From NCBI GenBank assembly GCA_012295275.1, contig CM022670.1, positions 17,360,001-17,424,000 of the forward strand: a stretch of DNA of 64,000 nucleotides, given 5' to 3'. The notes under the pieces are model-generated. The model did no database searches, had not been told where the DNA came from, and saw only the letters and a program-made list of their open reading frames with translations. Positions 52,890 through 64,000 of this stretch are shown here, one piece after another. Made by a program: the position numbers and the translations under genes. The DNA is from Chrysomallon squamiferum. Lineage: Eukaryota; Animalia; Mollusca. How positions within the stretch are numbered: the first letter of the stretch is position 1; each line of letters starts with the position of its first letter.

Positions 52890-53281
52890 ATTGTTTTTAT
52901 TGTTGCCAAGCTTAGCCTCGAATTTTAGTGCCTTTCGAACAAACAGGAAGATAGAAACAACAAGTAAATCGGATATGTTCGGACAATCTCGTTAACTAAT
53001 CGCATTATTAGATCAAGTTCTATTTCGTGTCAATTTTTTTTTAAATTATTCTCTCTTTTTTGTTGTTTTTTTGCTCATTTTTTTAAACAAAAAATATTAT
53101 AAAAGAATCACTTTAAAGTGTTATATAATCATTTGTTGTACTTGTCGTTAAAGATCCACAATCCAGAAATATAACAAATGTTTTGAGAAGTTCAGATTTA
53201 CAGAATAGCAAAACGAACGAACAAACAAACAAAACAAAACCAAAAAAACACCTAGTGTTTCCTGGTTTATAAATAGTAACA

Positions 53282-55203
53282 TTATTTTATCAAAATTTGC
53301 AAGTTGCTTTGAGACTTCACATCAATTAGAGAACTTGGTTCCTGTTGTAGAAGATATACACCTACATGTACAACCGTGATAAAAGTAAACAACAGTAATA
53401 AATATATAAATTATAAAAAAGTAAAAAATCAAGAGTTCTCAAAAAAAAAAAAAATAATAATAATAATAATAATAAATATATAAATAAATAAATAATGTTA
53501 AAATAATAATTATAATAAATATATATATATATATATATAAAAAAAAAAAAAAAAAAAAAAATCCAGATAAAAAGATCCACAGTTAAAAGTCAACTATTGT
53601 TTTTCCCATGCTGAAAACCATCTTAGACTACTTAATTATACTGTATAATCTTCATTCACCACTGTCATTTACAATCTGATAAATGTGGTCATTTTGTTTT
53701 TTATTTATCTATGGGTGTATGAATATACAAGCTTATTCCATCACACCCTATTTTCATTATCAGATTAGCATTATTTATTAAGATAAATTTTGTATTCACA
53801 TATAAAATTAACTTAAATGCTTTTTAACAAGACTATTGATAAAAACAACAAAATGTGGACAATACAAATTTTCATTAGACCATTTATTTGTGCCAGCATA
53901 CACATAGATGTTCGTGTTTGTGTGTTTGCAATTAGGGTTGTAAAGTCAAGTTTATACATGTATACATTTCTCCACATCTGATGTTCATATAGATCTATTT
54001 GTATGTCTATCTGTCAGAATCTGATGTGTGTATGGATGTATTTGTATGTCTACAAATGTTTCTGTGTGTGATTTATGTTTATGGATATATTTAAATGACT
54101 ATGTGACTGTATTTGTTTTCTAAGTAATTGTGTGTAATTGCTTTATGAAAGAATTTTCTGATGTATTATCTACAACACAGACAATGTTCAGGAATGCACT
54201 GGCACAATGTTTTTTCAGTTCATAGTTTTCTCCTTTCTGTTTCATGATGTTTTCATAATCTTCCGGATTATCTGAAATGTATGCTTCATCAATGGCTATT
54301 TCCTTGTCACTGTTAGGTATGTTCACAAATGTATTTCGAACAACAACAATAGCATTTTATTTCATGTTTTTAATGTCTATATTTCATTTATAAGCTTTTA
54401 CTCTTCAAGGATTTTATTATTATTATCTTATCTAACTATTTTAATCTATTTGAATTAAATTATTTTTTCCTGGTTTTCATAGGTGAATAATATAGCTGAC
54501 ATTAAAACAAAACACACAACAAAGTTTAATTTATTCACACTGATTACATACTACTACAACTATTACTGGAACTGCTGTTACTAAAAGAACTATTGCTACT
54601 ACTACTACTACTGCTATTGCTGCTACTATTACAACTATTGCTTCTGCTATTACTTTTACTCTACTACTACTACTGCTATTGTTACTGCTACTGCTATCAC
54701 TAACAAATGGGTTCATTTTAATAGGTGATAAAACAGTATTGTAAATGGAATTACTTCTGTGAGAGTTCTTTTCACTAGGATTATGAATGTTTGCTTCTTT
54801 ATCAGATATCTAAATCCGATTTTGTAGGTTTTGTTCTTTCAAACAAGAAAAAAGAATAGCATAGTTTAAAAACTTGGAAAAAAGAAGGTAATTTTTTCTC
54901 AAATTTTTGTAGTTACAATTAAAACCAAAAATAAGATAGGTTTCTACTGACTGAAACTGCTGACTAAATAAAATTGACTTACTTTGGTGAATTGAGACAG
55001 TGATTTGGGAACATACGGTGAAATCAGTTTATTCTGTGTCTGCACCTGGATACATGTTGATGAATATTTTTTACAAAGGCCACTGTTCGTGTGATATGAA
55101 GTTGCTATAATTTCAGAGTTTTTGCAGGTTTTTGAAACCCCGAATGAATTTCATCTGTGAGTTTATTAATTCATTGACATTTGAAAGGTATTTTTCATCT
55201 TTT
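53282..55203 (-). pseudogene. Possible decayed exons of a tyrosine-motif cytoplasmic-tail gene (or a spliced non-coding transcript)
   Basis: Exon-like blocks: 55203-54983 and 54835-54755 (both AG..GT bounded), ~54334-54120 (DEAYISDNPEDYENI; no AG acceptor), from 53708 (NDHIYQIVNDSGE*RLYSII) and 53361-53282 (VYLLQQEPSS...*). The first block has stops in all three frames. Confidence 0.3.
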
Positions 55204-55912
55204 CTACAATTTAAAGAAAATAGAATACATATCACCAAACAAATAATTTTGTGCTGGATCAATTGATATTACAGTTTTAGAATCACATACATATTTTATT
55301 TTGTATTCTAACACCTGTATGAAAAACAAAGTCTTAGCAACAACAACCAGATTCGAACCTTTATTTCAACATTATTCTGATTTTTTTAAAAATGGAAGAA
55401 CATGCAGCATAGGATATTTTGTTATTACATTTTTATTATGACTGAAAAAAGAAGAAAAAAATCTCTCATTGAAAAGGTCTTTCTTAATAACAGTTTGTCC
55501 TTGGAATACTTTTGTACACTAGACTATTATTATTATTATTTATTTTATTTTATTTTTAAAACTGTTTATATATATATATATATCCATTTTGCTGCTTGCA
55601 GAAGTCAGTTAATGTCATCAGACAGGATTCTTTGAATTCATAAGAATTAATTTTATCTTAACACAGTGGATTATATAATCAGTAATTCTAGGCTGCTCTG
55701 ATAATCTGATGAAATTTAGGTCATCTTTGCATCTAAACAGTTCCAGAAAGCATAAATAAGTATGCACATTTTTTCATCAAATTTATATTGATTGATTTCT
55801 GTGATGAAGATCATATACTGCAATCACGCAAAGCATTTTGCACAACAATAATCCTTGATTGCAAAGTTATCACAAAATAATTCAGAGAAGCATTCTCATA
55901 TGGCTAAAATGA

Positions 55913-56097
55913 CCCAGCATACTGATCCAAAAGATCTGCCAGTTCTTGCTGGACTTGATATCAGATCTGGCCAATGTGAGCTGGTCCAAGTTTGGCACAG
56001 AAATTGCCAGGTCTGGGTCAGAACTGCCATGTCACATGTTAGACATTTGTTTTGTTGATTCAAGTCAGATTTGGGCCAGATAAATGTGCTAGCTGTG
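55913..56097. mobile_element. Degenerate MITE (CCCAGC...GCTGGG-type termini)
   Basis: A GC-richer ~185-bp block starting CCCAGCATAC and ending GTGCTAGCTGTG (decayed inverted termini), with internal repeats of AGATCTGGCC/AGATTTGGGCC/AGGTCTGGGTC. TSD not clear. Confidence 0.5.
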
Positions 56098-56124
56098 CTC
56101 TATTGCTACATAAAAAAAAAAAAA

Positions 56125-56630
56125 ATGTTCCATATTATTCTATCACAGCATTTTTAAAATCCTTCCTTATTACTATATCACAGTATTTATGTAAAATTCT
56201 TCCATATTACTGTATCACATCATTGTATTAAATCCTTTCATATTACTTTAATCACAGCATTTCTATAAAATTCTTCCATATTATTTTATCACATTTTTAT
56301 AAAATTCTTCAATATTTCTATAAATAAAACTAAAATAAAAATAATTTAAAAAAAAGAAAAAATCCCAAGACAATTATATATGTATATATAAAACTTTATT
56401 TTAATCACAATTTATATTTAATTTTAAAAAGTTCTACACAAATTATTACTCTTTATACACTTTTAAAAATACAAATTTGTAATTCATAAATAAGGAACTA
56501 CATGCTATTTATTTATTTAATATTTAAAAAAAAAATAAAAACTAATAATAATAAAAAATAAAAAATTAAGTTTATTAAGAGATGTAGGCTTTGGAATGAA
56601 GGCTTTTGAAAAATCAGTGATTACTGTATC

Positions 56631-56671
<41 letters not shown>

Positions 56672-57152
56672 ATTCAATCAGCAAATAAATTAAATAAAAG
56701 TCACAATATTTCTAGAGAAGTCTTCCATATTACTCCACATTATACCATCAGTTTTTCTCTAAAATCCTTCTTTATTACTATAACACAATATTTATGTAAA
56801 ATTCTTCCATATTACCGTATCACATCATTTCTATAAAATACCTTCATATTACTTTATCACAAGCATTTCTATAAAATACTTTCATATTACTTTATCACAG
56901 CATTTCTATGAAATCCTTCCATTTTACTATATCACAATATTTATGTAAAATTCTTCCATATTACAGTATCACATCATTTCTATAAAATTCTTCCATATTA
57001 CTATATCACATTTTAATAAAATTCTTCCATATTACTTTATCACATTTTAATCAAATTCTTCCCTATTACTTTATCACACCATCTGTGTAAACATCCTTCC
57101 ATATTTCACAGCATTTCTGTGAAATCCTTCCATTTTACTATATCACAGTATT
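56125..57152. repeat. ~36-bp minisatellite in two blocks (56125-56320 and 56703-57152)
   Basis: Unit similar to AAATTCTTCCATATTACTTTATCACAGCATTTCTATA, interrupted by an AT-rich spacer. Confidence 0.9.
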
Positions 57153-59301
57153 TTTATCCAGCTCCACCAGATTTTAGAAACAAGTAAAATAAATGAAAAG
57201 TATAGAATAATAAAAATAAAATAAATATAATAATAATAATATAAATAAATAAGTAAAATATGAATAGTACTACTACTACTAATAATAAAATTAATGGATA
57301 TAAAGTAAACATACAGACCTGTCCAGTCATGTCAGAACTACGGTAAGTCCACTGAATAATATGATATATTTTCAAGCCAGGTATTTTTAGCATATACATA
57401 GGTCAAACTGATTATTAAAAAAATGGTTACATCTGCTGCTATTTATTTATTTTTACAGTTAGCGCACATACATTGAGAAAAGAACTAGGGTTATTAATTT
57501 AAACTATTTCAACACATAATTTATAGATGAATAATTTCATTAAAATATATTCAAAATACACAGAATACAAAAACATTCCTGTTTTTTTTTTTTTTTTTTT
57601 TTAACCATATATATAACAAATTTGTTTAAAATTTTTTTTTTTTTTTTAAATCTGCAAAGATCTTACATTTTTCCAAATTTTCTTCTTTCTTCAAAATTTT
57701 TTAATAATACAAAATAAACATTTCAACACATTTTCAAATTCATAGCACTACATGTAATTAATTGATCAAACCCTCGACCCTCCACCACAAAAAAACAACA
57801 AAAAAACCCAAACAAATCACACCAAAGAAACCAAACAAAAAGCCCATTCAACAGTGAAAACTGCTTAAAAGAAACATATGGCAGGTTTTCAGTGGTTGAC
57901 ACAGACATTTGCCAATTCCTAATTATAGGTCTCAATTATAAATAAAATTACAAAACATTAAGCATTCAAAACAAATTCTAGGGGTTAGCTATATCAAACT
58001 GTTCATGATCTAATGGAGAAAATGCATGTACATAAAAATAACCAAAGGTTAAAAGAAAAATAAATTTCTGCCAAGTACATCTAAATATAAAACACAAAAC
58101 ATTTATAATTAATTATACACAGTCAACTGTTACAGAGCATAAAAAGTACCAAAATATAAGATATATATTTTAATATAACAGCCAATAAATTCAGTAATGG
58201 ATGATTAAACTATGAAACTAATTATATTTGTGTATATCATGAAGTCAGTATATAGTGGTACAAAACCAGAACTATTTAACTTCAGCAAATGCATGTAGTA
58301 AAATAAAAATAAAATCATTATGATACTGTGACAGTTTGTGATAAGAATAATTGTTATTTTCAAAAAAAAAAATACCAACAAATGTTTTATTTTTCTGATT
58401 TTATAAAGCTTCATCATCTTCTGGGCCTGACATAAAATAAGGTTCTGCTTCATCCAAATAATAAGAAATATTTTGAACAAAAGGATCATCTGATTTGTCT
58501 ACACTCTTTACCCTAAAAGAAATAATAAAATAAAACTTAAAAAAAAAAAAAAAACATATGTTTCAGAGAACTGGAACAATTTTAATTTCTATTATGAAAT
58601 AAATCACAATCTGTGGTTTGCACTTAAAATTTTTATCAGTGTGTGACATCATTTTAAAATAAATACAAGTAATTTAATTTATAAAAAATATAAATTTAAT
58701 TTAAATTATCATCAAAACATAAAAAAAAAAAAAAAAACCCATAAAAATCAAAAAAAACAAAAAAAAAAAATAATAATAACAAAAAAAGAAAAAAAAAACA
58801 AAAAAAAAGAAAAAAAGAAAGCCACATACCAGGAACGAGCTGTTTGTAACATCCAGTTCCTAGGTTCCTCCAGGGAAAATTCTGACAAAGCCTCTACAAC
58901 TACTTGGAAAGCTTTGTCATCTGATGTCTGTTTATCCCTGCTTGTCACAAATAACTGAAATTAAAACATAAAATTTAAAGTAAAACATATATAATAAATG
59001 TTTTTGTTACAAATTCAGTAAAATTATAAATCTACCTTGATCATTTTCTTTTCTTAGGAGTGGAGGACAGAGGATCAATCAGAATGAGCTCCAGTTCAGG
59101 TTTGGAAACATCCAGTTCTCTCGCCAAGTCAAAATTTACACCAGTCTTTTCAACAAGCTGTGCAATAAACTCATCAGACATCGGCTTTGGAAATGCTGAA
59201 AAAAAAATTAAAAAAAATAAAAATATATATATTCTTTTCCGTCTTTTCCTAAATATTAAAATGAACAGAAATATATTATTCCCAATTCCTCTAAAAATGT
59301 A

Positions 59302-59480
59302 TTATAGGAAAGTCAATAGAAAGTGAATTATTCACAGTTTCTCTAAATGCTTAATATAGGAAAGTCAATAGAAAGTGAATTATTCACAGTTTCTCTAAAC
59401 ACATAACATAGGTAGGTCAACAGGAAATTAATTTCCACAATTTCTCTAAATAAATAAAACATGTAAGTCAATAGAAATTG
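59302..59480. repeat. ~53-bp tandem repeat, 3-4 copies
   Basis: ATAGGAAAGTCAATAGAAAGTGAATTATTCACAGTTTCTCTAAA occurs at 59303 and 59356, followed by degenerate copies. Confidence 0.85.
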
Positions 59481-60462
59481 TACAGTAATACATACATTTG
59501 CATTTTTGATATATCATAGAATAAATGTTCCAATTATCCTACCATTTCACATTTCCATATACTTTCGTCAAAATACTGTTATGTAAATTCAAACAAATAC
59601 TTTTTCACTGATCATAATCACTGTTTGGTTTATGAAAGTAAAAAAATGAAATGATCTTCTATAGATCAAATGTAGATTAGGGGTAAAGAAATTGAAAATG
59701 TAGGTAATAAAGGGGGCATTTTTATTTCAGCCATCCATATGAATACCAATTTTAAGAATATTTCTCTCTTCCTATTAGAAGTGACAGTTTATGGAATTTA
59801 AATGAAACCAGAATTTACAATCTTAACATGTCTACTTTACTGTTTCCCTTGTGAGTCTGTGTATTGCTAAAACCATCTTCTAAATGAAAACAACAACTGT
59901 AGCATTTGTCAATTCCACTTAGTAAATAATGAATTCTTAAAAAAAAAGTGGAAACACAAAAATTTCTGGCATAGAAACGACAATTACAAATGTGTTTGAG
60001 TAACACTTTGAAAATGGAGGATAAGAATTTTTCTCAAATGGATTGGTATATTCAGACATGATAAACGTCTGACTGATTAAAAACAAAAACTAAAAAAAAA
60101 ACTAATCAAAAAACAACAAACAAATGTAAAAACACAACAAAAAAACACAATAAAAATTTTTTCAAAACAACAACAAGCTGAAAACTGACTGATATACAAT
60201 ATATAACAAACAAAAAGATTAAATTGACATAATAAGTACATTTCATATAAAATGCATGTTTTTTACAGTTAAGTTTGAGTAAACTGTCAGCATTACAACA
60301 GTACAAACTTACTGAACATCAAAATATGTTCATTTAGCAAGTTAGTTGTCATGTATATAATTGTTTTAATATTTATGTTTTACCCTTTTTAGTTGCTGAA
60401 CGTCCATTCAGTGTCACTTTCAGCCAACTGCAGAATCTGTCTTGTCGTTTCTTGTTTTTCCC

Positions 60463-61095
60463 AATCCTAAATAATAACATTTAAAACTCATTTAATAATT
60501 TCTATACAGAAAGAAATATTTATTATTTAATAATTCTTAAAAATCACATTAATAAATAAGTTATAATTTCCATTCAAAGAGAAATATCTAATATTTAACA
60601 ATCCTAAATAACAAACATTAATAACTAATTATAAATTCTATGCAGAAAGAAATATCTACTATATAATAATTCTAAATAAAAACATTAATATCTCCTTATA
60701 ATTTCTATTGAGACAGGAAGAATAATCTAATATGTTATAAACCTAAATAAAAACATTAATAACTAATTTATGATTTCCATTCAGACAGAAATATCTGATA
60801 TTTAATAATCATAAATAACAAAGATTAATAACTTATTTATTATTTCTACACAGAAAGAAATATCTAATATTTTATAATAATAAATAACAAACATTAATAA
60901 CTCTATTTACAATTTCTACACAGAACGAAATATCTAATATTTTATAATAATAAATAACAAACATTATTAACTCATTTATAATCTCTATTGAGAAAGGAAG
61001 AATAATCTAATATTTAACAATCCTAAATAAAAACATTAATAATTAATTTATAATTTCCCTTCAGACAGAAAGAAATAACTAATATTTAATAATCC
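60463..61095. repeat. ~70-bp minisatellite, about 9 copies, starting at an exon boundary
   Basis: Unit similar to AATCCTAAATAACAAACATTAATAACTAATTTATAATTTCTACACAGAAAGAAATATCTAATATTTAA. Confidence 0.85.
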
Positions 61096-61535
61096 TTTTC
61101 ATTACACAATATTATTATTTTTATTATACAGCACTATTATTTTTTATAATCCAGCATTATTATTTTTCATAATATAGTAATATAATAATCATTGTATAAT
61201 ATTATTATTTTTCATTACACAGTATTATTATTTTTTATTATTCAATATTATTATTTTCCATCATATAGTAATATAATTTTTCACTGTATACTATTATTAT
61301 TTTTCATCATACAGTATTATTAACTTTCATTATTCAGTATTATTATTTGCTTTCATTATACAGTATTATTATTTTTCATTGTATAGTATTATTATTTTTC
61401 ATTATTTAGCTTTATTATTTTTCACTTTATACCATTTTATTTTTCATTATATAGTATTATTTTGCATAATATAGTATATAGTTTCATCATACAGTATTAT
61501 TATTTTACATTATGTTATTTTATCATTTTTCATTA
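61096..61535. repeat. ~25-bp AT-rich minisatellite
   Basis: Unit similar to TTTTCATTATACAGTATTATTATTT. Confidence 0.85.
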
Positions 61536-64000
61536 ATGGAAGCCAATTCCATAAGTCTCAGCTACAGTTTTTTAAATTACAGATAGATTGAATTGAAACA
61601 ATTTTATTTTATTTATTTATTATTATTATTATTGGAAATTTATAAAATTTGAGGTTTTACCATTGTTTGAGTGTTTTTATGCTTTTCTGCACTAAATCAG
61701 TTCTTCCTCCTTTCTGAAGAGCTATAAGAAGTTCTGGAACTCCGTGGTCATTTCTATGTAATCGACTGTCTCTCCAAGATTTCAGCAACTGATTCAAAAA
61801 TAATGAAATGAAAATTAAAGAGGTTGTTTTTGTAATAAAGTTGTAACTTTAATAAAATTAGTGAAAACAATAAAGTTTCTTTAAAATGGAAGACTTGGAA
61901 TAAGGGTACGAACAAAAAATAACAATTCCAGCAACTTAATCGAAAATTAAAAAATGTGTATTAAAGATAAAGTTCTTGTAATAAAACTTTAATAAGAAGA
62001 ATAATTTTCTTTAAAACACAAGATTTGGAGTAATGGTATACAGGATAACAGCAGAATCAAATTCTACAGTAAGGAACAAAAACTGAGTACAAGCTTGTAA
62101 ATAAAATGAATATTTCAAACTGATTACCCAACACACTGATTATTTCATTGCTTATGCTTACACTTTTTTAAAGCAAACTTTAATTTTTTTAGTTTCAAAT
62201 ATTTTATATAACGACTGTTAAAGTGGCATTTAAAATAGTCAGAACTGATAGAATAATATTTAACGATGCAACACAATATTATCTGTTTTAGTTATCAAAA
62301 GCTGACTGATACAAATGAGTAGTTCAACATGTTAACTGACTCTGTATCTCTGATTTTCTACAGTTTCTTCCTCGTCCTTCATTTTCAGAGATGTTTCTGA
62401 AAATCCCAACTGTACTGCAACACGCTGCCATTCAGAACCCAGGTCTTGAGCCAAATCCTTCAGCAGATTTTCATTAGTGAACCCTTTCAAAACAAGAGAA
62501 CAACACTGTGAAAGAATCAATGACAGAGATTCAGTCAGACAGGCAGACAGTCAAAAGAAATTAATTTGTTACATTTAGAAAGGGTTTTAGACTGTACCTA
62601 TTATATTTGCTGTTTGTAGAAAATAAAGAAGTGTACTGATAACTTCAGTTTTGTTAGTTACAGAGGAAGACTACAAATATGAAAATTTAAACAATGATCT
62701 GTTTTTATGTCAAAATGCAAATATGCACACAAACAAACATCAAACTTTATTCTAGTTTATGCCTGTAAATGATCAACAGCTATGACATTATGGCATGTGC
62801 CCTGGGTTCCACTTGAAGGGGGTGACTCTGATCATTTTCTATTAAACTTGACTGGTATTTTTTAGCTGATTTTATGGTAGAGTTTTCTAAAAGATGGTGT
62901 CCAATATTTTGACAGAGATGTATTTTCAGTTCCTGGAGCTGGTTCTATTTACTGAAGACAGGCTTCTGATTATCAAAACATATTTTTAAAAATATATCAG
63001 CATTCAATTTAGTAACATACGTGTTTATAATGCACCAAAGAAATCAAAAAATGTATAGACCTACACCCCTTTAAATATGCAGTTTTACCTTCAAATGTCA
63101 TTTTTTCATTTTCTGATGTATTTATTGCTTCATTTTCACTTTGGTATATCTGGATAAAATGTAGCAATATTTGCGCCACAGTTTCATAAGTTGGATTGTC
63201 CTCAAACTCCTTCTGAAGATCTTCCATTTTCTTTGCAATATCCACATACCCATCTTTGTCATCATCCATAATGACAGGCAGCTTGAGCACGTTTTGTCTT
63301 TTAGGATGATACTGTAATTTACTCAGTGATTGCTTTTCTTTCACAGCACTTCCAAATAGGTTGATTTTAAATTCTTGTTTTGGAACTATGATGAATTCTG
63401 TTGTATAGCTTGGCTTCTGGTCTTTGTAACCTTCATTTTTCCAGTGTTGAAGACGTTTATGTAACTGCTTGTTTCTGGTGCATTCTACAACTACTTCTCC
63501 ATTATTGGTGTCAGAAACATTCTTCAACATGGCCATGAAAACAACACTGCACTCACGACGTTTGGCTTTGTCCAGCAGCTCAGAATTTAACTTGATGACT
63601 TCTTTTTTGTATTTCTTCTTCATCTTTCTTCTGCTCTCTTTCTGATTTTGAGTAGTCTGTCACTAATTTTTTATATTCTATTAAATTGAATCTAGATAAA
63701 AAAAAAAAAAAAAAAAAAAAATTAAAATAATAAAGTAGGGAAATATGGAAAAAAGAAAATCTTTAGTTTCACAAGAAATATGTATTTTCCAAATGTACAG
63801 TTTACAAGTATTTTGTTTTTGGCTGATGAGATTCATATAGGAATGGATATTTTTATACAAAAAAATTATATGACTGATGACATGTAATAAAACACCAAAC
63901 ATGTTTGTTTAAAATTTATAAAGTTCAAAGGATACAATCAGCAAAGAAAATTACAGTTTCAATATTGAAATAAAAGTTAATTTTTAAAGAAAAGAAATAC

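Larger units (their letters stand above)
58401..63691 (-). pseudogene. Death-domain protein, DTHD1/PIDD-like (UPA-like region, death domain, second death-fold-like region); 5'-partial and frameshifted as assembled
   Basis: Exons (minus): 63691-63065, 62483-62341, 61788-61661, 60466-60384, 59195-59036, 58954-58830, 58512-58401, all GT-AG. Death domain: WFTNENLLKDLAQDLGSEWQRVAVQLGFSETSL...QRYRLLKSWRDSRLHRNDHGVPELLIALQKGGRTDLVQ. Exon 59195-59036 is 1 nt short of the phase needed by the next exon and reads ...PKKRK*. A second probable frameshift lies near 63624. The gene structure is well supported; pseudogene status versus a sequence error is not resolved. Confidence 0.7.

Noticed and set aside
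57312-57352. Short block with splice-like boundaries on both strands
   Set aside because: Strand and frame are ambiguous, and no partner exons could be assigned with confidence.

Overview
AT-rich, microsatellite-rich animal genomic DNA with spliceosomal GT-AG introns. It is probably a mollusc (inference from the repeat content), and most ORFs in the supplied track are low-complexity artefacts. I assembled four multi-exon genes by hand. (1) NAXD/CARKD on the minus strand has 9 coding exons at 43204-34404; I could not find its terminal exon in the remaining 34 kb. (2) EIF2B3 on the plus strand lies head-to-head with NAXD and is complete (11 coding exons, 457 aa). (3) A SAMD15-like SAM protein on the minus strand is complete (4 exons, 157 aa). 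(4) A DTHD1/PIDD-like death-domain gene on the minus strand is 5'-partial and carries one clear and one probable frameshift. NAXD intron 1 holds a 2.84-kb Sola2-type DNA transposon with ~620-bp near-identical inverted arms and a decayed transposase. A small Mutator-like element with a FLYWCH relic, a MITE, a SINE relic and many mini/microsatellites are also present. The left 34 kb has no recognisable coding exon but consists of many complex-sequence islands separated by low-complexity spacers, including several promoter-like or first-exon-like sites. I see no clear evidence of a wholly new biological system; the best leads are that regulatory landscape with the missing NAXD exon, the Sola hairpin, and the decaying immune-type genes at the right end.
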